64,000 bases of DNA from a virus, in the IMG/VR virus record IMGVR_UViG_3300018432_000013, positions 1 to 64,000 of that record, one strand, 5' to 3'. Each line of letters starts with the position of its first letter. Position 1 is the stretch's first letter. The notes under the pieces are model-generated. The model was not told the DNA's origin. It was given only the letters and a program-made list of their open reading frames with translations, and did no database searches. Positions 1 through 8,497 of the stretch are shown piece by piece. Position numbers and translations under genes: made by a program.

Positions 1-71
1 ATCGCCTGCGCGGGCGCCTGTTGCGCGAGGAGCGGGTAGGGCGGGGGCTCTATCTAGGAGACGCGGCCCAG

Positions 72-200
72 CTACTGGGTGTGACGCTCTGTGAGCTCAG
101 CGAGTGCGAGGCCGGCGTGCGTGAGTTCGAGCTCGACGAGGTCCGCCGCCTCTTCACGGAACGCGTGGGCTCTCGCCGCTGACAGGCCTGCGGACCTCAC
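72..200 (-). CDS. small hypothetical protein (42 aa, MRSAGLSAARAHAFREE...)
   Basis: Read by hand; GTG start overlaps the stop of 197..808 (GTGA coupling). Confidence 0.45.
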   Translation of the reverse strand: MRSAGLSAARAHAFREEAADLVELELTHAGLALAELTERHTQ

Positions 201-808
201 GATCGCGACTTCTCACGCTCAAGACGATCCTTCACGAAGCGCTGCAGTTCACGTAGCCGCATGCGTACGCTCTTCGGGAGCTCGTTGATCGCCTTCACGC
301 TGAGCGGAACGTAACCAGTGCCCGCGAGATTGACGCTTTGGAGCGTGCCGCAGTACGTGCAAACCGAGGGCGAGCCGGGCCCTGGGACGTGTGGCGTACC
401 ATCGAACTTCGTGAAGCCGTCCACCCGCTTCCCGCAACCTGAGCACGCCCAGTCCCCGCTGGGAAACTGCCCTTGGCCGTGCTCGATAAAACGTTCCGCC
501 GCTTGATCGACGATCACCTTGGCCATGAGGAAGGTGCCCTCACCGGCAGTAGCGCTATCCATGGCCTGTAGAAACAGCCGCGCATCCTCGTTCGCGGCCC
601 AGCGATCGATGACGTCTGAGAGGCACGCAATCACGGCCGCGCGTTCACTTGGACGACCGGCCTCACGTGCCATCTGACCCGGTAGATCGTTGAAGCGCAG
701 CTCCGCAAACGGATGCTGCTTTATCCAGAGTTGCGCAGCCTCTGCCATGGCTGTGACGCAACGATGGTACCCCTCAGGGAACTCTTGCCCGACGTCCTTC
801 ATCTGCAC
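197..808 (-). CDS. hypothetical protein with C-terminal zinc ribbon
   Basis: CSGC and CTYC pairs; AGGAG SD upstream. Confidence 0.7.
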   Translation of the reverse strand: MQMKDVGQEFPEGYHRCVTAMAEAAQLWIKQHPFAELRFNDLPGQMAREAGRPSERAAVIACLSDVIDRWAANEDARLFLQAMDSATAGEGTFLMAKVIVDQAAERFIEHGQGQFPSGDWACSGCGKRVDGFTKFDGTPHVPGPGSPSVCTYCGTLQSVNLAGTGYVPLSVKAINELPKSVRMRLRELQRFVKDRLEREKSRS

Positions 809-833
809 GCTCCTGTGGCACGCCTCAGGTAGG

Positions 834-862
834 TTCCCGGCGCTAGCCTCTTTTGCTATAAA
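834..862 (+). promoter_or_regulatory. sigma70-like promoter TTCCCG-N17-TATAAA with TG extension, probably leaderless
   Basis: -10 ends 8 nt before ATG 871; no SD. Confidence 0.5.
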
Positions 863-870
863 CCAGAGCC

Positions 871-1407
871 ATGCCCAAGAAAAGAGAGCCTGGCTTTCGT
901 GTCGAGCGGCGTGCGCAAAACAAGTGGTGGGCGGTCAACGAACCGATCGACCAGAAGCCCGAGTACCGCGGGCCCTTCGAGAGCCAGGGCGAGGCAGAGG
1001 CCGCGCTGCTTGATCTCTTGAACGTGCGGGTCTGGATCGAGCGGGACGGCGACCAGTGGCTCGTGCGTTCGACCGTTCTGAAAACCGAACTCCCGGCGCA
1101 GGGACCGTACAAGGACAAGCTGACAGCGGAGATCCTCGCCAAAGAAGTCACGGCCGAATTGCGAACCCAACTCGGCTTGCGGCCAGTGCCTGGACTGAGC
1201 GCCGATCGCGGCGTGTTCATGGAGGGTGGGGTGGCGCTTCAGGAGCAGCCGCTCAACACGATCGAGCTCGGCCTCGAGACACGGCCCGCTGACTTTTCAG
1301 AACGACTCAAACGGGCAGGCGACTCAACGCTCTTTGCTCTGAGCTTGGCGGAGATGACCTCGATTTGCTTCTCGCTGCATGGAAGCGGCTCGACCCCGCT
1401 GGCATGA
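871..1407 (+). CDS. hypothetical protein with two GP[FY]xxxxxA repeats
   Basis: YRGPFESQGEAE and QGPYKDKLTAE. Confidence 0.65.
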   Translation: MPKKREPGFRVERRAQNKWWAVNEPIDQKPEYRGPFESQGEAEAALLDLLNVRVWIERDGDQWLVRSTVLKTELPAQGPYKDKLTAEILAKEVTAELRTQLGLRPVPGLSADRGVFMEGGVALQEQPLNTIELGLETRPADFSERLKRAGDSTLFALSLAEMTSICFSLHGSGSTPLA

Positions 1408-1706
1408 CGCATCAGACCCTGCTCGTACGTCACGCGCGCGCCGTCATCGAATGGCTTGCCCGGCCAGAAGGGCCAGCGACCGAGTTGCACAAGCTCGAAG
1501 ACCGCGTGCGCGGACTTGCCGGCATCATCTCGAGCAAGATCGAACGGGGCATGGAGTTCGTGCTCATCCTGTGCAATCACGGCACCGGGCCCGACGATCC
1601 GAACGCGCGCCTCACGCATATCTCCAGCATGGACCGCGCGACGGTTATCAGCTTGGTTGGCGAGTACGTGGACAGCCTCGGCAGAAAGAGGCGCGCCGTC
1701 TCATAG
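1404..1706 (+). CDS. hypothetical protein
   Basis: ATGA overlap with previous gene fixes start at 1404. Confidence 0.65.
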   Translation: MTHQTLLVRHARAVIEWLARPEGPATELHKLEDRVRGLAGIISSKIERGMEFVLILCNHGTGPDDPNARLTHISSMDRATVISLVGEYVDSLGRKRRAVS

Positions 1707-2201
1707 GCCGAGTTCAAGATACATCGCGAGAACGCGCTTCAGCTTGCGCACTTCATCACGCAGGAGCACGAGCTCGTCGCGCTCAGACAGCGCCAAGGGC
1801 GACGTTCGGCGAGGTGGCTCCTCGTGCGGCGTCCGACGAAACACCTCCTCAAGCTTGAGGTGCAGTGAGGACGGGGGAGGGCTCTGTGCGGGCGGTTCGG
1901 ACAGCTGCTTTTTGGCTCGCATCAGCACCCCGGGCTTCCGGGAGGTGGCCGCTTCAGCTACAGGTTTCCCAGGCTTTGAGAGCTGCTTGCTCGCTGGTTT
2001 TTTACGTGGCGGTACGCCGCGTGGCTTGGTCAGCGGCTCGCCTACTTTGATGCGGCGACTCCACTCGTAGAGCTGGTGCTTGCGAACGCCAAGCTCCTTT
2101 TCCATCTCTTCGACACTTCGTCTCCCGCGCTTGGTGAACGCCTCGACTGCGCTGATCTTGAAGGCGTCGGTATGGGAGCGCAGCTTAGAGCTCCGGGTCA
2201 T
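1701..2201 (-). CDS. IS3 OrfA-like HTH protein with C-terminal leucine zipper, no catalytic partner
   Basis: HTDAFKISAV...VEEMEKELGVRKHQLYEW is HTH_Tnp_1-like; ELVLLRDEVRKLK zipper. Confidence 0.65.
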   Translation of the reverse strand: MTRSSKLRSHTDAFKISAVEAFTKRGRRSVEEMEKELGVRKHQLYEWSRRIKVGEPLTKPRGVPPRKKPASKQLSKPGKPVAEAATSRKPGVLMRAKKQLSEPPAQSPPPSSLHLKLEEVFRRTPHEEPPRRTSPLALSERDELVLLRDEVRKLKRVLAMYLELGL

Positions 2202-2577
2202 AGAAAATCCGCACAGGTATCCCAGTGGCGCGCGCGATGCGGTCGACCGTTCGTGTCGATACGCGCGCCTGCTCGCCGCTAATCACCTTGAGCAGGACCG
2301 CGTAACCGCCGCTGTCCTCCTCAGACCACATGCCGATCCGTCGCGCGCATTCAGCGCGCCAGCGGTCCCCGTAGTCGGCGAGTTCAAGCTCACGTAGATC
2401 GTGGCAATATTCGCGGATGCGCTCGCATGCGACTTCAGCACTCGGTTGAAGGGTCGCCGCATCGCGAAGCCGTCGTCGACTCGTGACGTGCTCAGCGCGC
2501 GCGATGAGGAGCTGATGCTTGTCGGCGTACTCGTGCGCCGGATACGACGTTGCCTGTTTTCTTGCTAGTCCAGCCAT
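2185..2577 (-). CDS. XRE/Cro-like HTH regulator
   Basis: C-terminal VSTRTVDRIARATGIPVRIFY. Confidence 0.6.
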   Translation of the reverse strand: MAGLARKQATSYPAHEYADKHQLLIARAEHVTSRRRLRDAATLQPSAEVACERIREYCHDLRELELADYGDRWRAECARRIGMWSEEDSGGYAVLLKVISGEQARVSTRTVDRIARATGIPVRIFYDPEL

Positions 2578-2605
2578 ACGGCCTCTTTTGTCGTACTGCG
2601 TTGAA

Positions 2606-2896
2606 CTACCTCAGCTCCGCACGCAGCTTCTTGAGCGCGGACTTCCACTTCGACGCATCTGCCGGCCGCGGCAAAATGCCGACGAGCTCTAGCAGGCGAT
2701 CCAAAAGCGCCTTTCGCATCGCACCGCCCGTCTGCACGTACGAGCCGAGCAGCATGATGGCTTCATCGAGTTCCGCAGATTCGCGCGGGATGCGTGGCGG
2801 CAACACGAGCTTGGCAGCGAGGGAAGGGCGTACTTCCGCCTTCGTTGCGGGTTGGGAAAGCGAAGGGCTTGGGCGGCGACGAAGAACTTCAACCAT
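2606..2896 (-). CDS. hypothetical protein
   Basis: Likely start MVEVLRR at 2896; upstream extension looks non-coding. Confidence 0.5.
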   Translation of the reverse strand: MVEVLRRRPSPSLSQPATKAEVRPSLAAKLVLPPRIPRESAELDEAIMLLGSYVQTGGAMRKALLDRLLELVGILPRPADASKWKSALKKLRAELR

Positions 2897-3218
2897 GGCG
2901 CTTTCGTGTTTTGCCTCAGGTGAACCGCAAAAGCGAGTGTTCTGCCGAGATCTAAGAACGAGAGATCCTGAGTACTGGAAGCAGCCGGGCAAAGTGAGAT
3001 GGTCCCTGCCGGGCAGCCTGACTACATCCCTTCGGGCGATCGTGGAACCGTCTCGGACAAAGTGAGACTGGCTGACCATAGAAAACCCGCTGGCTGCGCC
3101 TTCAGGACGCAAATACCAGCGGGTCTTGTTCGTTTCAGGAGGGCTGCGTCGCGCGCAGCCGTCGATGTGCTGCGATCAGGTGTACTTGAGACGGAGCTCC
3201 GCCCTGCAGGGGGCTACT

Positions 3219-4070
3219 TCAGCCACCGATGTTCCAACGCTTGCGAAGCGCGGCAATCGCCGGGTGGTCCTTGCCGTCGTCAAGCTCCGCCTGTTGGCGC
3301 TCGGCGATAGCGGCCTTCTGCGCGGGCTGCTGCGCGTCCGGAGGTGCCACGCGCTCCATGCGCGACTTCTGATCGGCGAGCAGTCGATTGGTTCGGTCGA
3401 GCTGCATCTGCTTGGACAGCAGCTTGACGAACGGCGCGCGGCCGCGCTTCGGATGGAGTTCGAAGCGGCCGCGAAACAGGGCCTTGTCCTCGGGCTTGAG
3501 GTTGCGGTGATGGTCGCCCGTGCTGAGCTCTTCGAGGATGCGGCGCACCGTGCGCTCGTGCAGCCCGCTCGCGCGCGCGAGGTCCTCTGCGTAGACCTCC
3601 ACCGCGCCGCTGCGCGCGACTTTCGCACCCTGGCGCTTGTCCCACCGGCGCAAGAGGCCGAGCACGATCGCGCGGTTGGCATCGAGCTCGCGCACGTCGT
3701 CAGGCACCACGCGCACCCAGCCGCCGAGGCTCTCGTCGAAGCTCCCGGGAATCGCATAGCCATTCGTATCGAAAAAGGGCTTGAGCTTTTGGACCAGGCG
3801 GTAGCACTGCGATCGCGAGTACCCCGTCCAGCGCATCAGCGTCCGCACGTCGATGCGCGCCCCGAAGCTAAAGCGGTAGCGGTCCGCAGCATACGCGACG
3901 GCGAGTGCGCCGGTCATGCCTGGCAAGCGCAGAATGCTGTTCGGAACCCGCAAAAAGCGGGGACTAGCGGTACTCGAGGGCGGTTCAATAGAGTCCCCAA
4001 CCCAGGACGGTTCCGGGTCAGATCCACTCGTGATTTGTTTGGCGCTCGAGACCCCACATGATAGGGTCAA
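3219..4070 (-). CDS. replication initiator protein with two winged HTH domains
   Basis: FLRVPNSIL N-terminal motif (HTH_36-like); VRTLMRWTGYSRSQCYRLVQKL and AEDLARASGLHERTVRRILEEL; GAGGA SD before TTG. Confidence 0.6.
   Translation of the reverse strand: MTLSCGVSSAKQITSGSDPEPSWVGDSIEPPSSTASPRFLRVPNSILRLPGMTGALAVAYAADRYRFSFGARIDVRTLMRWTGYSRSQCYRLVQKLKPFFDTNGYAIPGSFDESLGGWVRVVPDDVRELDANRAIVLGLLRRWDKRQGAKVARSGAVEVYAEDLARASGLHERTVRRILEELSTGDHHRNLKPEDKALFRGRFELHPKRGRAPFVKLLSKQMQLDRTNRLLADQKSRMERVAPPDAQQPAQKAAIAERQQAELDDGKDHPAIAALRKRWNIGG
4039..4067 (+). promoter_or_regulatory. sigma70-like promoter TTGGCG-N17-TAGGGT with TG extension, antisense to rep
   Basis: Direct match with 17-nt spacer inside the first rep codons. 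Confidence 0.55.
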
Positions 4071-4073
4071 CTC

Positions 4074-4152
4074 AATCCTCGGGGCCGCGTTGTAAGCGCG
4101 GTATTGGGGCGGGCTCTTTCGGTGTTGCGACCGGAAGGGCCCAAAGCTTTTA
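4074..4152 (+). ncRNA. candidate counter-transcribed antisense RNA over the rep RBS and leader
   Basis: Promoter upstream; hairpins 4085-4101 and 4111-4142 (13 bp, fully paired only on + via G-U); U-run at end. Confidence 0.5.
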
Positions 4153-4370
4153 ATGTCGGCTGCTCAGCGCCCTATGAAGCTGAGACTGGTGTGTGCGCCC
4201 AAACACAGCAGACCCCCGCCCGGGAATCAACTTTTCAGTATCGCCAGAGCACCTTTCGGACCTGAAACGGAGAGCTCTACTGAAAAAGGCGCATCAAGGC
4301 TGTACGGGTGTGCTGATCCGTCACGATCTCGCATGCCTGTAGTAACGTGGCGGCGGAAAGGGTGGGGGCT

Positions 4371-4380
4371 GGGCACTAAC
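4371..4380 (+). promoter_or_regulatory. RGGCACYAAC motif (putative promoter)
   Basis: GGGCACTAAC 32 nt before ATG 4413, SD between. Confidence 0.6.
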
Positions 4381-4412
4381 TGCTGGGGAACCTCCACCTG
4401 GAAGAGGCCCCC

Positions 4413-5150
4413 ATGCCGAACGAGAAGCTCACCGAAATCGTCGTCCTGCTCGACCGCTCGGGCTCCATGTCACGCATTCAGATCGAGATGATGCTCGGCT
4501 GGAAGACCTTCATGGACGAGCAGCTGCGCCACCCTGACCCCGCGGTCGTTTCGCTCTACCAGTTCGATGATCAGTTCGAAGCGGTCTACGAGGAGCGCGC
4601 GATCCGCGACGCCGTCCTTGTGCTTCGTCCTCGCGGTGACACCGCACTGCTCGACGCCATGGGTCGTGCCATCACGCTCGTCGGCGAGCGCCTTGCGAAA
4701 AAGCGAGAAGAGCATCGTCCCGGCAAGGTGGTCTTTCTCGTCATCACCGACGGCATGGAGAACCGCTCGCATGAGTTCTCACGCCTGAAGATCGCCGAGA
4801 TGGTCAAGCACCAGCAGGAGAAGTACGGCTGGCAGTTCGCCTTCCTCGGCTCGAACCTCGACTCGTTTGCCGAGGCGCAAAGCCTTGGCATCGAGCGCGG
4901 CGCGGTGGCGAACTTTCAGAGCAACGCAGCCGGTGTGCAGGCCATGTACGGCGCCTCCAGCCGAGGCCTGAGCGCCTACCGCTCGGCAACTGGGCGAGAC
5001 GCCAAGCTCAACATCGGCGAGCAGCCGCAATCGCAGGTGCAGCCTGTCGCAGCGCCCATCATCGACCCCAACAGCGACCTCGACCTCGAGCCAGATCCCG
5101 AGCCCGAGCTTGCGCCTGGCACACCGAGCGCTCCGAACGAGGACCTGTGA
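4413..5150 (+). CDS. von Willebrand factor A domain protein
   Basis: MIDAS LLDRSGSM, TALLDA, VITDGMEN. Confidence 0.9.
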   Translation: MPNEKLTEIVVLLDRSGSMSRIQIEMMLGWKTFMDEQLRHPDPAVVSLYQFDDQFEAVYEERAIRDAVLVLRPRGDTALLDAMGRAITLVGERLAKKREEHRPGKVVFLVITDGMENRSHEFSRLKIAEMVKHQQEKYGWQFAFLGSNLDSFAEAQSLGIERGAVANFQSNAAGVQAMYGASSRGLSAYRSATGRDAKLNIGEQPQSQVQPVAAPIIDPNSDLDLEPDPEPELAPGTPSAPNEDL

Positions 5151-5566
5151 CCAAGCCGAACTTCGAGCTCCTCTACCTTCAGTCGGAGCTGCGCGTGGGG
5201 CGCACCACGCGCGCGCTTCAGAAGATCGTCGAGCTCGTGCACAAGCTCGACGCACCGGACGCCTCGGAGATCCGGCTTGTTGCGCAAGAGGCGCTCGCTG
5301 GACCTGATCCGTCGGTGCGCACCGACTTTGACGACCTAACTTCACGCGCGCTCTTTGACGCCGTCATGCAGACGGAGCCGGAGTCGCCTGACGTGATGAC
5401 CGCTCGCTACGGATCGCTGACGATCGTCGCTTCGCCCATCGTGCCGCGCGACCTCGTGCTCGTCTCCGATGGCGAGGACGTTCGCAGCTTCAAACTTGTG
5501 CCGATCGAGTCCGAAGGCACCGAACCAGAGAAGTCCCGGGCTCACTGGTGCGAGGGCTGCGACTAG
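5147..5566 (+). CDS. hypothetical protein
   Basis: GTGA coupling to vWA gene. Confidence 0.65.
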   Translation: MTKPNFELLYLQSELRVGRTTRALQKIVELVHKLDAPDASEIRLVAQEALAGPDPSVRTDFDDLTSRALFDAVMQTEPESPDVMTARYGSLTIVASPIVPRDLVLVSDGEDVRSFKLVPIESEGTEPEKSRAHWCEGCD

Positions 5567-5699
5567 GCAGGGTGACGGTCTCGGCCCGCGAAGAACAGGC
5601 GCAGGTCACCGTATCGAGACCTTGGGAGCGACGAATAGAGCTTCCTGAAGAGGCTGCTCTCGTAAACCGAGACCGTCGGCCGCGATCTTCGCACAAGCA

Positions 5700-5709
5700 G
5701 GGCACTAAC
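5700..5709 (+). promoter_or_regulatory. RGGCACYAAC motif
   Basis: 8 nt before GTG 5718. Confidence 0.6.
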
Positions 5710-5717
5710 GCTTCTTT

Positions 5718-5975
5718 GTGAGCAGCGTGACGCGCCGGATCCGTCGTGGACTGTGCCCGGTCTACCTCGCTCGGACGCGCGCGCTGCGCCGCCAACGAGA
5801 GGAGCTCGTGCGCCGTGCCCAAGAGCTTGCCGCAGCGATTGAAGCCGCCGTCGCCGTCGTCTACGACGGCACCACGATTCCCGGCGTACGCAGCGGAGGG
5901 GCTTTCCTGTCCGCACTATGCACCGTTGCCCGACTCGCGGCGCTGCCGACACTACTGGGACGGAAGCTCCGCTGA
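5718..5975 (+). CDS. hypothetical protein
   Basis: Motif-anchored start; GC-rich third positions. Confidence 0.5.
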   Translation: MSSVTRRIRRGLCPVYLARTRALRRQREELVRRAQELAAAIEAAVAVVYDGTTIPGVRSGGAFLSALCTVARLAALPTLLGRKLR

Positions 5976-6150
5976 CTTCCCGTCGGATGAGCACTACCCG
6001 GACCTCGAAGGCGCGTGCGATCGCGACGACGAGTTCATGTGCATCTTCTGGCTGGCCAAGTACCCGAGCGCCTACGAAGACCCGCGAGGCAAGGTCCACC
6101 GCGTCGATACGGACGGTGTCGTACACCTCACACCTGCACCGAAAAGGTGA
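5815..6150 (+). CDS. Cys-rich hypothetical protein (CPHY..RCRHY..GAC..FMC), overlapping previous ORF
   Basis: GAGGAG 11 nt before GTG 5815; four spaced Cys suggest metal binding; start uncertain. Confidence 0.55.
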   Translation: MPKSLPQRLKPPSPSSTTAPRFPAYAAEGLSCPHYAPLPDSRRCRHYWDGSSADFPSDEHYPDLEGACDRDDEFMCIFWLAKYPSAYEDPRGKVHRVDTDGVVHLTPAPKR

Positions 6151-6189
6151 TCGGGTGCAAGCCAGCGCACGTCCAAAATCGCTGATCGC

Positions 6190-6199
6190 AGGCACTAAC
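6190..6199 (+). promoter_or_regulatory. RGGCACYAAC motif
   Basis: AGGCACTAAC 7 nt before ATG 6207. Confidence 0.6.
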
Positions 6200-6206
6200 C
6201 ATCCAC

Positions 6207-6629
6207 ATGGAAACAGCCCGCTCAGACCGTGCCCATGACCCTGTGGAAAACCCTGTGCACTACAAGCGCCTCCGACACGAGCCCATCGTGGTCATGGAAG
6301 CTCTCGGACTCGGGCCTCAGTTTCACCTCGCGAGCGCGCTAAAATACGTGGCTCGCGCAGGCCACAAGGGCGCCGCGCTGGAGGATCTGAGCAAGGCTCT
6401 TTGGTGCGTCGGTCGAGCTGTGGAGTACTACTCTCCCGCACCGCTCCAGATGACCAAAGCAGAGGTCGACGCAGTACTCCAAGACTGGGGGCTCAGCGCT
6501 AACCTGTCCGCGGCAGTCCAGCACTTGATCGGCGGAACCTGGGTGGCTGCGCATCTTTTGCTCAGCATGGAGATCGAACAGCTCAAGCACGCCGCAAGTA
6601 GTCTTGCAGACGGGCATGCTGCGCGGTGA
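6207..6629 (+). CDS. DUF3310 domain protein
   Basis: DPVENPVHY...ALKYVARAGHKG..EDLSKALW. Confidence 0.85.
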   Translation: METARSDRAHDPVENPVHYKRLRHEPIVVMEALGLGPQFHLASALKYVARAGHKGAALEDLSKALWCVGRAVEYYSPAPLQMTKAEVDAVLQDWGLSANLSAAVQHLIGGTWVAAHLLLSMEIEQLKHAASSLADGHAAR

Positions 6630-8230
6630 AGGCTCGCAAGATCATCCTTGAGAACTTCATGACGCACGAGCAGACCGAGGTCTCGCTCCCGGAGACCGGC
6701 GTCATGCTCATCACAGGCCCCAATGGCGCCGGCAAGAGCGCCCTCGTGGTCGAGAGCGTGGCGCAGGCTTACTTCGGTCGAACGCTGCGCGGCAAGCCGC
6801 CCTGGAGCGGCGACCCGGCCTCGGTTCGGGTCGTGACGGACCTCTTGGACATCACCCGACGCAAGCAGGGCCAAAAGCTCATCTGGCACCTGCATGGCGA
6901 ACTGCCGACGACTTACGACACGCCCACCAAGGCGCAGGCTGCCCTGCAAGGCTTTGTGGGCACGTTCGACGTCTGGCGCCGCACGAGCGTGTTCTCGAGC
7001 TCGGACGCGGCGCACTTCTCCCTCGCCCGCGACCGCGATCGCAAGCTGCTCTTGGAGACCATTCTCGGTCTCGACCGCTTTGACCCGGCGCTCCAGCGTT
7101 GCCGCGTGGACTTGCGCGACGCCACGAACGCCCTGCGCACCTTGGAAGCCAAGGCGATGGTGCTGCGCGAGCGCATCAAGGGGACACTCGACCGTTTGCG
7201 CGATCTCGAGGACGCAGAGGAGAGCGAGGAAGCCGTCGTCGAGCCGCTGATCTCAGCGGAAAAGCTCGCATCCGGACGCGCACGTCTGCTTGTCATTCGA
7301 GAACTCTGCGAGAAGCAAGAGATTCGGCGCGTTGCCATGGAACGCGAAAACCACAAATGCTCGGCCGATGCGCAGCAGAAGGTGCGAGCTCGCAACCTGC
7401 TCGATCACGACAACTGCCCGACGTGCGCCCAACCCATTCCCACATCCCTACGTGCGAGCCTGCATGCCGAGGTCGAGGCTGCGGTCGAGAAGAGCCAGCA
7501 AAACGAAGAGTCGTTCAAGGCGGCACGTGTCAAGCAACGTGCGGATGTCGGCGCGCTGCAGGAAGAGGCAGACAAGATCCGCGCGCTACTGACCCACGCT
7601 GCGGCCATCGAGCGCGACCACGTGCGGCTGCGGCAAAACCAAGAGCAGCGTGTTGAAAAGCGGTCCCTATTCTTGGAGGAGCTGCGGGCAGCCAAGGAGA
7701 GCCTACGCAAGACGGAAGCCGACATGCTTCTCATGCGTCGAGACGTGGCGGAGCTTGAAGTGGTCGAGCGCGTGCTTGGACTGCGCGGCGTGCGCGCGCA
7801 CATGCTCGGCTCCGCCATGGCGGCGATCACCGCGCTCGCCAACGGTTGGCTCGCACGTCTGTTTCCCGGGGTGACCCTGTCACTCAAGGAAACCAACGAC
7901 CAGATCGAGCTCAACCTCCACGGGCTCAAGCACGAGTACGGCTACCACGCCGCCTCAAGCGGACAGCGGCGGCGCGTCGACATCGCCATCCTGCTCGCAC
8001 TGAGTGACATGGAGGCGGCCTCGCGCGGCGTCGAGCGCGAGATGCTCATCTTCGACGAGGTGGGCGACACGCTTGATGTGGAGCAAGGCCTGCCTGCCTT
8101 CATCGAGGTCGTGCAGGAGATTGCGGAAGAGCGCTGCGTCGTCATCGTGTCGCACAACCAGGCGCTGATGGAAGGATTGCAACCGACCGCACGTCTTTAC
8201 GTCGCCGATGGCCAGGTGTTCGAGCACTAA
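6626..8230 (+). CDS. SbcC/Rad50/T4 gp46-like SMC ATPase
   Basis: Walker A GPNGAGKS, coiled coil with CPTC hook, SSGQRRR signature, LIFDE Walker B, H-loop SH. Confidence 0.92.
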   Translation: MKARKIILENFMTHEQTEVSLPETGVMLITGPNGAGKSALVVESVAQAYFGRTLRGKPPWSGDPASVRVVTDLLDITRRKQGQKLIWHLHGELPTTYDTPTKAQAALQGFVGTFDVWRRTSVFSSSDAAHFSLARDRDRKLLLETILGLDRFDPALQRCRVDLRDATNALRTLEAKAMVLRERIKGTLDRLRDLEDAEESEEAVVEPLISAEKLASGRARLLVIRELCEKQEIRRVAMERENHKCSADAQQKVRARNLLDHDNCPTCAQPIPTSLRASLHAEVEAAVEKSQQNEESFKAARVKQRADVGALQEEADKIRALLTHAAAIERDHVRLRQNQEQRVEKRSLFLEELRAAKESLRKTEADMLLMRRDVAELEVVERVLGLRGVRAHMLGSAMAAITALANGWLARLFPGVTLSLKETNDQIELNLHGLKHEYGYHAASSGQRRRVDIAILLALSDMEAASRGVEREMLIFDEVGDTLDVEQGLPAFIEVVQEIAEERCVVIVSHNQALMEGLQPTARLYVADGQVFEH

Positions 8231-8248
8231 CTCTCCTTGGGAGGGGAG

Positions 8249-8497
8249 ATGGCCAACAAACCACTGACACCAGGTCAGCGACACGCGCTCATGCTCGTCG
8301 CAGAAGTTCTTCGTGAGCGCAACATCGTGAGCGTGTGCCTTTGTGACGACGAAGGGCTCTACACCGCGAAAGGGTCGTTCGTACTGACGACCTATGACGT
8401 AGCCGAGGAAGCGACGAATCCCGATGCCGCGCCGGCTGAGCACCCGCCCAACGTGACGCTGCTCGCGGCGGTCGAAAAGCTCGGGGACGGGAAGTGA
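8249..8497 (+). CDS. hypothetical protein
   Basis: GGAGGGGAG SD; motif variant GAGCACTAAC at 8222-8231. Confidence 0.7.
   Translation: MANKPLTPGQRHALMLVAEVLRERNIVSVCLCDDEGLYTAKGSFVLTTYDVAEEATNPDAAPAEHPPNVTLLAAVEKLGDGK

Noticed and set aside
1701-2201. Active IS3 element
   Set aside because: No DDE transposase, terminal inverted repeats or target duplication found.
4371-4390. GGCAC motif as a sigma54 promoter
   Set aside because: No TTGC at -12 across copies, and start codons lie too close for a -24 element.
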